Part shown: in pieces, positions 24,299-35,248 of the stretch
How positions within the stretch are numbered: position 1 is the first letter of the stretch
Layout: every line of letters starts with the position of its first letter
Assembly: GCA_047495785.1 (NCBI GenBank)
Contig: JBLDXI010000025.1
Location: 1,178,001-1,242,000 of the forward strand
DNA: 64,000 nt
Reading direction: 5' to 3'
From: Lepidodermella squamata
Lineage: Eukaryota > Animalia > Gastrotricha
Notes under the pieces: model-generated
The model's database searches: none
What the model saw: only the letters and a program-made list of their open reading frames with translations
What the model was told of the DNA's origin: nothing
Position numbers and translations under genes: made by a program

Positions 24299-27200
24299 TT
24301 ATGACTTGTCACTTGTGGCTGATTTCTGTGATGACTTTTCAGCCGCCTGGAGCCTCGCCAAGCATGCCCTGACTTCCCGGACGCAATCTTCGTCCTTGTA
24401 TTTATCACCCAATAATTTAGCACTATAACACATTTTTCTCGCCTCAACAGCCGAATTTTCAGAATATTTCTCAACTTTCAGCAGCGTGTTCACAGTGTTA
24501 CACTGGCATGCGCATAAAACTCGCGCCAGTTCCGCTTCGTTGATTTTCGGCTCCAGCTTCGAATCGTCAACAATTTTCAGCTCAATTTCTTGATCCAGCG
24601 CCTTTTTCGCGACATTTGAGCAGCTTCTGAATATTTTCTCCGCCGCATCTAGATCGCCAGTTCCTATCAACGCGTTGCCAAGGAGATTTAGGACCGACAA
24701 CCTCGTCGGGCTATTTTCCTCGAGAATTTTCTCCGTGATCTCAACGGCTTTCCGTGCGACTGAAACTGCGTCCGAATACCGGAAACCTTCGATTAGAAAC
24801 CGCGCATAGCCGTCTAGACACATGCCGTATAACCCGAGAAAATTACGAATTTCCTCGTTTTCCAGGTCGACTTTTTCGAAATTTTTCAAAATTTCGCTCG
24901 ATTCAAGCGACTGAAGGCAGTATTTGTAGCCGATTTCCGCATCGGTGATTCTGCCAAGTGATGCGTAGATGATAGCTAGTTTGAGTGAGACTTCGATCAC
25001 GGCTAAATGCTGCGGTGAATAGCCGAGTTCGGCGATGAAACCCTGCACGCACGTTTTGAACAGCGTTTCGGCATTGACGAAATCTTTGCGCGAATACGCC
25101 ATATTTGCCATCATGTTGTAGATGTGCAGACGGTAGAGCTTGAAATCCGATTCTAAAAAATACCAAAAATTGTAATTAAATTAAATTATGACAAGCAATC
25201 TCGAAATTTTCAAAATCACGTTTTGAATTCATTTTATTTAGTTTGTCCTAGGTTTACGATGCTATTACTCATGGCAGTTCACGCCACTTCTAAAGACTCT
25301 TCCAAAACATAAACGACCCAAGAAACTTCGGTGAAAGCTGAAAATAATTATCTCGAAGACGCCTCGGCCAATTACGCTGATGCGTACTTCAGGGTAGCCC
25401 CGTTTCTCGACCCATCTCACGGCTCGAACTGGTTATACAACGCCAAGGCTATAACCGAATGTTTTTCTGGTGTCATCAAGGAGTCGTTCGCCCTTTCTAA
25501 TTATTATCTCCCATTTTGATCCCATTTTTTTGTAGCAAATTCACAGCGCTACGGTCACAGTTCGACAGTCTGGTAGTAATTCCACCAGCTTTAACTTTCT
25601 GGAAGCAACATCGCCACAGATATCCTCGTTTGACAATTCTTGCCCAGCGTGATTTTTCGGTTTCGGCGAGTGGCGCTGGGGCGGAGCAAATCTTGTCGCT
25701 ATCTAGTGATCGAAAATCACCGCAAATATTTTTCCTTGATCAGCATTATTCAATTTTTGCTTTATTTGTATAATTATTAGACGAGAACTTCTGGCAATAA
25801 AGGCCTGATCTCCTGGAATAAGCCTGTTGCAGCTGTGTACTTTAGCCGGCAAACCCAAAGCAAGTTTTGACAATGAATATCCTTTAGTGATGCAACGAGG
25901 GAAGAAGACCCTTCACCGCAGCATGGCGCTAGTTTGGAGCACGAAGTGTCTCTAGGCAATTTGATTTCGAACTTGACCATCTTGCAGACTACATGTTTTC
26001 ATGCATTTATCATTTTTTTCGGTCAATATTAAAAATTCCAGAAATTTCATCGACATTTTAAAAGTTCAGAATCTTGCTGAATTTTAAAATAAAAAAATTG
26101 AGGAAATATGTTTCTGATAAACCGAATTTTAAAAAATCAACCTGTATTCCACTTGTTTCCTGAGAACTTCAAGAAAAACGACTTCTGCCACTTTTTATGA
26201 CATTTTAAAATTAATTTTTGAAATTTCTTCAAAGTGTAAACGTTATACGTATCTATTTTCCAATATTATACGTAAATAAGGTATGATCGTAAGGTATAAT
26301 ATCATTTTCATTTTTTTTTCTTCAATTTTCTAGGCTTGCTTTCTCGATGGCGAAAAAACGCGGTATTGATCCAAAAGTGGTCCATGGCGTTGTTTATGCG
26401 GCAGACGAAGAAGCTTATCAGAAGGCTAGAACGGCTTTATCACAGTCACCCGTAACTGCCCACTACGAAAATTGGCGCATTCTTTCTTCCGGTTACCCAA
26501 AGGGATCCAAGAAATTCAAACGTGCATTTGGTGCCGGCGCACCAGGGGCACACTACTGCTGCATCTCGTGCAAGTTTCTCACGCGATTGCTGGCTCAAGT
26601 GGGACCCGCCCGCCCGAGCCATTCAATCAAGAAAGTTCCGCTTGATATCAAGAATGTGATCAACAATCCGATCCAAGGCCAATCTTACGATGATCTACGC
26701 CCTAGCTACGGCTGTTCTATCTGATTCGTCCGATAAACCTGCCACTTACCGCGAAGCCATGGATTCTGAAGATGCCACTGGCTGGTCGAAGTTTGCAAGA
26801 TCGAATTCACGGCGCATTCCAGCAATAAGTCCTGGATCATCGCCACGTTGCCCGAACACGCAAAAAACAATCAATTCTGGTTGGGTTTTCATACAAAAAA
26901 TTGGTGCCAATGGCGAGCTCGAAAGAAGCTTGAAAGCTCGCATCTTCGCCAAAGGCTGCCTTAACGACCCGGCGATATTTTACTGACCGACGGACACAAC
27001 ATGGTGAAACCTACGCGCTTGTTGTCAGAACAAGATATGCACAGAAAAGTGCAGCGACTTCATAGTCGTTAAAAATAAGGGCAACTACGAGGTCACGCAC
27101 AGCTCGATGAACAAGGTAATAACGAACCTCGACGACATGCACGTTTCAGTTACTGCTATGGTCATGCGGCCGTAAGCCGATGCCAAACTGACTTTTGGCC

Positions 27201-28048
27201 AATTGCGGCAAATCAGCACCTCGGTCTAATTTACGACTTCATTTCATTTCACCGTACGTCACCACAGTACTTCCTCTGACTTCCATTTCCAACGTTCCGT
27301 AAAAGCTTAATTTAAGTTGTCTGCTCATTTATATTGAAAATTGCGTGGAGTAATTTCGAATTTCGGCGAAAACAGACCGAGATCCTATATGTGTATCTCA
27401 GTGAAGAATTTTAGCAAGACTAACTACAGAAATGCTGGCCAAAACTTGAAATATCACTCTCTTATGCGCATTTTCAAAGGGGGAACCTGTTCCCTTAGCC
27501 GAATATATATCGGGGTTATAATCGAAAAAATTGCAAAAATCAAACTCGAACTTGGAAAAGTGATGCGGGAAATTTTTCAGGGCTATTCACTCTTCTATTC
27601 AACTCGAAAATCATATTTTCCTTAATTCCGACTAACAACTCAATTTTCAAAATAATTTTGTGCATCATCTCAGATAGAAACAATATAGCTAAATGATTTC
27701 CAAGAATTTGATTTTCTAATGGTTAATTTATCAACGCTTACCAGCTACAGTGCCTTGTTCGAACTGTTTATGTAGCAACTTGAGGCCAGCATGGTACAGC
27801 TCTTCCGATTTTTCAAATTCACGCCGAATTTCAGCCAGTTTCGCCTTTCGAAGTAACAGCAGCAGCGGGTCTGGTTCGATATCTTCTTCCGTCAGCGGTC
27901 TCTGCGTCAACCAATCAGGCAAAAGCCAAAGAATAGCCGGGGGTAACGCGGCTAGGGAGACCACAGCCATCGATTTTCTACCACGCAGCCTCGTTGATTT
28001 CAGAAGCTGCGCCCGTCTTACAACACCCAACAACAATCTGTGCCACAT
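24299..28048 (-). CDS. TTC19: Tetratricopeptide repeat protein 19-like (mitochondrial); exons 28048-27742, 25152-24299
   Basis: Basic amphipathic presequence, LLRKAKLAEIRREFEKSEELYHAGL, IYNMMANMAY, AETLFK, AVIEVSLKLAIIYA, AEIGYKYCL, LYGMCLDGYARFL. Confidence 0.82.
25330..25780 (+). mobile_element. hAT transposase C-terminal dimerisation-domain remnant in the TTC19 intron
   Basis: LTFWKQHRHRYPRLTILAQRDFSVSASGAGAEQILS matches the hATC L.FW......YP.L..LA...LS.PAS....ER.FS motif. Confidence 0.7.
26347..26990 (+). mobile_element. Ty1/copia LTR-retrotransposon pol remnant in the TTC19 intron
   Basis: KPATYREAMDS...INSGWVFIQKIGANGELERSLKARIFAKG matches the start of the copia RT domain (P.TY.EA, KWVF..K....G...KARLVAKG); frameshifted. 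Confidence 0.75.
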
Positions 28049-28151
28049 TTTATGGAAACTTCTAGTAATAAAATGCCGGATATTTTTACATTAAAAACTG
28101 TATAAAAATTTTATTTAGACACAACCTCGATGAAAAGATGGGTAAAACAAG

Positions 28152-29373
28152 CTACGAAACGAAAGACGCTGGTCTGAGGAAGTAATTAAGCACCATTCGA
28201 CAGCCGTTAGTCGGATCAGTCATCCACGGATCATTGAAATATTTAACAAAACCAAGCTGAGCTAGTTTCTTGTAAGTCCGCCTAGCCTCTTCAATTTTTT
28301 CAGCATTAACAAAATCTTTCGGACAAACGTGCCATTCAACAAGGAAAAATCGAACTGATTCAAAAAGTCCATCTTCCATCGCTTGAGCGATCGAAATCCA
28401 CTCCATGCCCTCAACGTCTAGCTTCAGAACGTCCAACACCGCCGATTCGTGCTTTAGATCGCGTTTTATTGTTCGTAGAGATTTGACTATCCATGAAGTT
28501 TTGTTGTTGAAAGCATTTAGCTCGGGTTTGTAGGCGTAACTGTCGCGTTGAGCGATGCCAATGTTGAAAAACATTACGCCCGACTCGCGTTTATGATCGC
28601 CGGCTTCCATACTCGGATCGAATGAGTAAACTTTGCAACCGAACGAAGCGATATCATCATCAAAAGTAAAATCGTATGCGACCCTGAAAACGAAAACAAA
28701 TCAACTGGAATTCTGGCTAATCATTTGAAACTTACCCGAAAGAATAGACGAGACAGGGTGCTTTAATGCGATAAGGATCGTCGAAACACAGCCGCCAGGT
28801 TTCGTGGCCGAAATCGCGGTTTTCATCCCGGCCAAATTTGTACTTCAGTTGGCAACTTAAATTGGCTGGCGCGCTAATTTCACTTCGAAAAGTTCAAAAT
28901 TATACTAAGTATTAATAATAGAAATACCTATATTACCTCAAAAGCAGCTGTACCAACGGACTTTCCGAGCTAGGCACGTTTTGTGTAGATTGAATGACCT
29001 TGGTTGATTTTTCGTTGACAATGTCACTCTTTCCGAATTTTCCCAGATTTAAGAGGTCTGATAATTGAAGTTCTTTAGTCGTGCCTTTGGTTGATTTCTC
29101 AGTTGGAGCAACAGATTTCCCAGTCACCACAGGCTGTCTTTCCTCAGGAAAATCGACTGATTGCTTTTGATCAGAGAGAATTCCGTAATCGTCATTTTCA
29201 ATGTCTCTTGAGATAGGCGCGGTGAATTGGCTGATGAGTTTTACTTTGCTTGATTTAGCGGAGACAAGGGTTTGGTGAACTGTGTCAGTGAAATAGCGCA
29301 GCAGGAATACGTTGGAAAAAATGAGCGCACCAGCCACGCCCAGTCCGATGCATGCCAGTTTTCCAGATTTCAT
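28152..29373 (-). CDS. METTL24-like (Methyltransf_22/FkbM-type) methyltransferase with an N-terminal membrane anchor; exons 29373-28937, 28882-28736, 28683-28152
   Basis: N-terminal hydrophobic helix; WRLCFDD, PCLVYSFGVAYDFTFDDD, FGCKVYSFDPSM, LDVLKLDVEGMEW, FLVEWH. Confidence 0.82.
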
Positions 29374-29544
29374 TCAATAAAAATTCCCTAACATCAAGTA
29401 CCGTGAAATTATTTCTGCTTGGACAGATGATGTTGTAAAATAAAATGGTAAATAGTTTTTTCCATATAAACTTGAGCAAGAGTCATAGTATCTGAGCGAC
29501 ACATAAGTAATTGCGATCCGTAGTAGTGGACCTCGTTAAACTGA

Positions 29545-30171
29545 TTATGACACACAACAGCCTGGATCGGTGTCTTGATTTTTCTTCTGCATCACTCGGT
29601 TACACTCGGCAATGTAGCGATCCATGTTTTCTTCTCGAGATGGATATGAAGTTGATTTGAATGAGCTAGGCGATAACATCGAGTAAACGCCCCGCTTACC
29701 TAAAACACAACTTACGATGAGAATCCATCACGGAACGCTTCCGCTTTTTCGTGAGTTTTTCTAATAATCAAAGCAAATATTCAAGAGCAGGGCGGTATAT
29801 CAACAATTACTTTGGGCATTTGCCAACTGCTTTCATTCCCTTAATGATTAAAGATAAATGAGATAACCACATGGAATTTCAAGGCTCATTGACATACGGA
29901 TCGCAATCGAGTAAGGTTAGATTTTTTCAATTGATTGTGCTCGAAACTCGTAATCGAGTTTTTGCGGTGTTTCATGGCAACTTTTGAATGTTCAGCGTTT
30001 TTCTTTTCGCTTTCAGGGTCCAGGCAGGGCTTACTCCAGTCATCCTCAAAGTTCTTATCTAAGTCTCTGCAGCAAATCAAGAAAAAAATCAAAGAATAAG
30101 CGCCACTAATATACAGAACCGATTTATTCTTACCTGAATGCCCTCCTAAAAGCCTCAGTTGAGTAGTCCAT
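29545..30171 (-). CDS. Orphan 133-aa basic protein ending in CCVS (CaaX); exons 30171-30134, 30066-29898, 29839-29811, 29760-29716, 29665-29545
   Basis: Manual splicing of four 50-67 nt GT-AG introns gives an open 402-nt CDS (MDYSTEAFRRAF...KKNQDTDPGCCVS*); no recognisable homology. Confidence 0.55.
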
Positions 30172-30259
30172 CTCAAGCCAATCTGACTTTAAAATCAAAG
30201 ACAAAAACCACGAAATCAAAACTTGAGGTCAGTCGCTAACGCAGTCGCCGGCAGAAATC

Positions 30260-30430
30260 GTTTTTTTCCGGCGAGTTTCATTTGTGTTTTTTAAATTTGA
30301 ATCATTTTCGCGCAAAAGCCTTCAAGCATACTTTTTATTATAACATTATAATGGTAAGCTAGTTCTTAAAAAAAATTACTCAGTATTCGTAAAATTTTGG
30401 AGGCAAATTCAAAACTTTTTGTTTGCGCAA
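30260..30430 (+). promoter_or_regulatory. Candidate cell-cycle (CHR/E2F, DREAM-type) promoter of the cyclin B pair
   Basis: TTTGAA at 30296-30301 lies next to TTTTCGCGC, with a reverse TTTGAA near 30410. These are the motif types known from G2/M gene promoters. Confidence 0.45.
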
Positions 30431-30732
30431 AATGTTGATCGTGCGCCAAGCTGACAGCCTGTCTGACGGCGGGATGCAAGTGCTGTTCCTATTTCATTTT
30501 GACAAATACCTTGTGGATTACAACGATTGATTTGCTGATCTAATTATAGCGACATGGCTCACTAGAATGTCTGTTTTTAGCTGTACTTGCTATGTGAACT
30601 CTGAGCACAGTTCTCAGTCTTGATGTGAACCTCAAAGTTTCCTTTCTCTTCCATTAAGCTCACGTGGTTCATCTATAGCCAATCGTTCTTGTTTTCCTTT
30701 GTAGCTCTACTTGGAACAGATACTTGCTAGGC

Positions 30733-31980
30733 ATGGACAGGGGCAAGGCTAAAGCTGGTCCGTTGAGAACTGTCGGTCTGGAGGTATAATTTTGTTGAAT
30801 GTCTGACTTGTGTCGTAATGTCTGCATTCTTTCTCGAATTAGAATCAGGCCGCAGGAGCCGGTATCGCCAAAACCAAACGTGTGATGAAGCATTTGACAA
30901 CTCTGGTTTGTAATTTCCATGTTTCTGCTGATTTGAGCGTGAAGATATGCTTTATGTAGGACCAAAATGCTGTCGAGAAGAAAGTTGCACTCAAAACAGC
31001 AGCTCTGTCTGCCAGCACCACCACTCAGCAAACGAATAAAGACTCGCGTCGTTACATCGTCATTCCCAAATGCCTTCCGCCTGCAGTTATTGACATTGAT
31101 GGTGAAAAGCAAGCCAACTATCTAAACTGCCCCGATCTAGCCCCTTCGCAGTACGCCTACCTCTTCAAAGTCGAGGACAAGTTCATCACTCCACCCAAGT
31201 TTTTGGAGTCAACTGCTATCAACACTCTGCAGCGGCAACGCGTCATCGATTGGATGACTATTTTGCATGGCAAATTCTGCGATACCCAAGAAACTCTGTT
31301 CATCGCTGTCAATTACTTCGATCGCTACCTGGCGTCCAAAGCCAACGTAAATCATGATCAGTTGCAAACAGTTGCCGCTGCTGCATTGTACACATCGTCA
31401 AAGTTCGAGGAGATCTATCCGATACCGATTGATGACCTTTGCGGTGTCTCAGAAGGCCTCGAGGGTGTCGAGTTGAGCCCGATCAGCCTTCGTAAAATGG
31501 AAATGGACATGTTGAAGGTTCTGAAATTCAGGCTGAACCCGCCTCTCAAGAATCACTTCCTTCGTCGCTGCTCTATGGCAGCTGGGGCTACGGTTGAACT
31601 TCATGTTCTTAGCAAGTTTCTCATTGAGGTAAGTGGTGATTTCATGGTTAACATCTGAAATTTCATGGATTTTTCTGAAGGCTTCGATGTACGATCCTGA
31701 TCTGGCCTCAGCTGTTAGGCCGTCTCTTGTGGCAGCTGCTGCATCCTACATCGCATTGACGTTGTTCGGTGAACGAACTCGCATCTGGGACAAAACTATG
31801 GTGTTCTATTCTGGCTACCTCGAGTCGGAAATCGTCCCAATTGTACCGCGCCTCGCTGCTATCGTTCGTCACCTCTGCACGCCGCCTAAAGAATCCGGCA
31901 TGACTAGCTTTCACGTCGCGAAGAAATGGACAAGCATCGCGACCAACGCCGTTTTTCTCAAGTGGCTCAGCACTGCCTAA
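30733..31980 (+). CDS. Divergent B-type cyclin, copy 1 (about 360 aa); exons 30733-30783, 30843-30905, 30960-31628, 31681-31980
   Basis: Cyclin box RVIDWM...QETLFIAVNYFDRYL...SKFEEIYP, then PLKNHFLRRCS, LHVLSKFLIE and PSLVAAAA. Confidence 0.85.
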
Positions 31981-32270
31981 GAAAACCTTTGTTGCGCTTT
32001 TAAGCATGATGATGATAATATTAATTATTACTAGCTGTCTCGTTAACCTAATCAAGCTATTTAATCTCATTGCTTTTGCTTGTCTCTAAGTCGGATAATT
32101 TTAAAACAAAACTGCCCGTTCACTTCCGACACCTCTTCTTGTTGCGCTTTTTCTACTTCCAATCGCTAATTCGTCACAAACTCGTTGTAAACAAAACATT
32201 TTAAATACAGCTCGATTTGCTAATGTTGTCTGCTTTTAATTCTTAGACATATTTGACCATTAAAAACATC

Positions 32271-34607
32271 ATGGCAGCCAATCCTAACCGTCCTGGAGTT
32301 GTCAAGGCTCCGGTTTTGGCCAATCGCGAGAACAAAATTCAGAATCTTTCGCAAAATGGAATGGATAACAAGCTGAAAAAAGACATTTCGATCAGAGTAA
32401 GCTTTTTCGATTTGATTTCTGATTTTTTGTAATTATCCCCGCTACAGCCGACGATTGGAGCTCAAAATCCGAGCCGAATCATTCCGTCAAACTCGTTTTC
32501 CCAGCAGTCGAGCAGCACTCTGGCGTCACTAGCCGGTGGTTTACGCAATCGCACCCTTGGCTCGTCGAATTTGTTGCCCGGTTTGAGCCAAGCTGCTAAA
32601 CAACAACCGGCCAAACAGCCCGAGCAGCCGCCGATTCGCCCCGACGATTGGATCATCGTCCCGGCGGCGAAGCCTAGCGACGTGTACAACATTGACACCG
32701 ACCTCGAGTCGCACCTGATGTGCCCTAGCTTGGCGCCGGCTCAGTACGCGTATTTGATGTCCATTGAGGACAAGTTCATGACTGAGATTGGCTTTCTGGG
32801 CAAGACCCGCATCGACGCTCAGGCGCGGCTCAACATCGTCAATTGGATGACAACAGTTCACAGGTATTGAATACCGTGTTTGTTCAGCCTGGGCTACTAA
32901 AATTTCAACCTCGAAAATTTGAAAAATTCGAAAATTAATTTGCGGCCGTCGTTTTTTTCATGTTTTCAAATCGATTGGCCCCTGAGAAAAATTAGGGACT
33001 CGAGATTGTCATGCATTTTTGGCGAATTAAATGTTGAGATTTTGGTTCAGGATCAAGTATGATCCATTCCGCTTTTTTTAGCCTGTTGAATCAAATTAAT
33101 ATAGCCAATTTTTTTCTGAATCTTGTCCAAAAAGTATTTGTTTTGGGCGATTTTATTCGTTTAAAATGAGTAAATGAGCGCATCACAACTACATTGTACC
33201 AAAATGTAAAAAAGCGACTTATTTTTTGGGATTTAGAAAAAAATTGGTAGAAGTCATGCAATGAAAACTCACCAGTGGGACCGAATCGGCGACCTCAGCC
33301 TAAGCGGCGTTTTTTCGCTCCTTTTCAGAAACCGATAGGAATTATAAAAGCTTGAATAGTTGAGGAAATTTGGGTCTGCTGAGAGATCCTAAATTATCCG
33401 TAATTTTCTATATTGACCCTCTTCATCTTTTGAAGATTACCTTTATTCCTGAATCACGATATATTATTCGATGGGTATATTTTCGGATTTTGGCTGTTCG
33501 GTATTTTCGTATGCTTTAAAATTTGTAAATTCTCCCATTTCTAGAAATACGAAGAAGGTGATCTCCTTGTTAAATCGGGACATCCCGCGTAACCTAGTTA
33601 TTTTTTAGAAATTGGGAAATTTCCTTTTACGGGCATTTTAGGCGCCTTGTTTAGCTTCTGGCTTTCATCATAGGCAATTCGCTGAGCAGCAAGAGTCGCT
33701 GTTTTTGGCCGTTAACTACTTCGACCGGTTCATGGCGGTGTCGCCCAGCGGCTCCACGTCCATCTCGCAGACGCTCTCGCCGATGGCGATGGCACAGCGA
33801 GTCGCCGCCACGGCACTGTACATCGCGTGCAAGTTCGAGGAGATCTACGCGCCGTCGATCGACCAGATCTGCGGCGCCACCGAGAACCCGCGCGCCACGC
33901 CCGCCGACGTGCGCCGCGTCGAGTTCGACATGCTGCGCGCGCTGCGATTCCGCGTCAACCCGCCGCTGCTCAACCACTTCCTGCGCCGCTGTTCGAAAGC
34001 CGCCGGGGCGACGGCTCTCCTCCACAGCCTTGGCAAGTATTTAATCGAGGTTGGTTCTTCGAAAAAATGCGTTTTCAATAATACCTTCAATTCAAAATTC
34101 CCTCAAAAATGCCCATAATATACAATGAACTCATCAATTTTCTCATTTTTGATATCGATATTCAACGTTTTTCTAAAAATTCTGTGGTTTTCCATGCTGA
34201 AATTTATAAATTGAATTTTTTCAAATATCAATGGAACATTTTTCTAGATTTTTGATTGCTAATATAATTTTAAATCCATGCATTAGAATTTATTTATTTT
34301 CCTTATTTTTCAGCTCGCTTTGTACGATCCTGAGCTAGCGACTGGCATTAAGCCGTCCTTAGTCGCCGCGGCCGCCAGCTACATCGCCATTCTAGTTTTC
34401 GGCGAGCGGACGCGCGAATGGGACGAAACGATGCAGCACTACTCGGGCGGTTACTCGGAGCTCGAAGTTCGCCCGGTCGCGTCCAAACTCATCGCGCTGC
34501 ACCGCATGCTGGCGAACCGCGAATCGTCGATGCTCGTCAAATCGAAATGGGACGACATGATCAAGCACCACGTGTTCGCCGAGTGGATCCGCAACACTTC
34601 GTTCTAA
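32271..34607 (+). CDS. Divergent B-type cyclin, copy 2 (about 403 aa); exons 32271-32396, 32448-32863, 33674-34049, 34314-34607
   Basis: RLNIVNWM...QESLFLAVNYFDRFM...ACKFEEIYAP, NHFLRRCSK, LHSLGKYLIE. Clear paralogue of copy 1 (shared CP.LAP.QYAYL..EDKF and FGERTR.WD.TM..YS). Confidence 0.88.
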
Positions 34608-35248
34608 TTACAAACTCGGACGGTGAATGGCTGCCACAGAATGACGACAAAAAAATCAAACAAAAAAATCTATCTGTAAATATGACTAATTTTTCATCGC
34701 AGAAAAAATGATAAATAATTTGATATTCAAATCGGAAAAAAATTATTCAACCAAAAAAACTCGTGTTTGCTTTCTCAGAATTTGAATGTATAACTTATGG
34801 TGAACAAAAATTAAATTTTTTCTTTCGCTACGCATCTCCCTGCTGTTCTTCTCTGATTGTTGATGAAAACTGTACAATCCAAACTGATTTCATAAAAATT
34901 TGATAATTTGAACACCTGCTCAAATGTGAAACTCGGTGGCCTTGTAAAATAAAAGACTTTTGTTTGATAAAAATTCGTCGTATTTTTATTATTATTTGAG
35001 GATCATCACAAATTCACAATATTGTAATAAGCAGACAAAATTTCTTAAAGCAGACAACTTTTTATTTATCAGGCTCAACGATAAATTATTGTGTTTATCA
35101 CAGAAGACACGATCGGCGTTCACTGCATCGATTGAGCTGTTATTCACAACAACGTTATTAATTCCTTCCTCTTTCAAATTTAACGAGATCAGCAGATTTA
35201 ACATGAATATTCGACAAAACGATCATATTTTATGGCTATTACGGGAAT

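Noticed and set aside
30351-30356. ATG|GTAAG as a one-codon first exon of cyclin copy 1
   Set aside because: Splicing to the acceptor at 30704 leaves it out of frame with the ATG at 30733; at most a 5' UTR exon or uORF.
30882-30931. GTGATGA...CTGA resembling a C/D snoRNA in cyclin copy 1
   Set aside because: The box C-like string lies in coding exon 2 (RVMKH) and the span crosses a splice donor; no recognisable guide.
33651-34090. Long antisense or alternative-frame ORFs over GC-rich exons (also 492-919, 8903-9193, 55422-56320, 56970-57448)
   Set aside because: Shadow ORFs expected from GC3-rich coding sequence; no independent homology.
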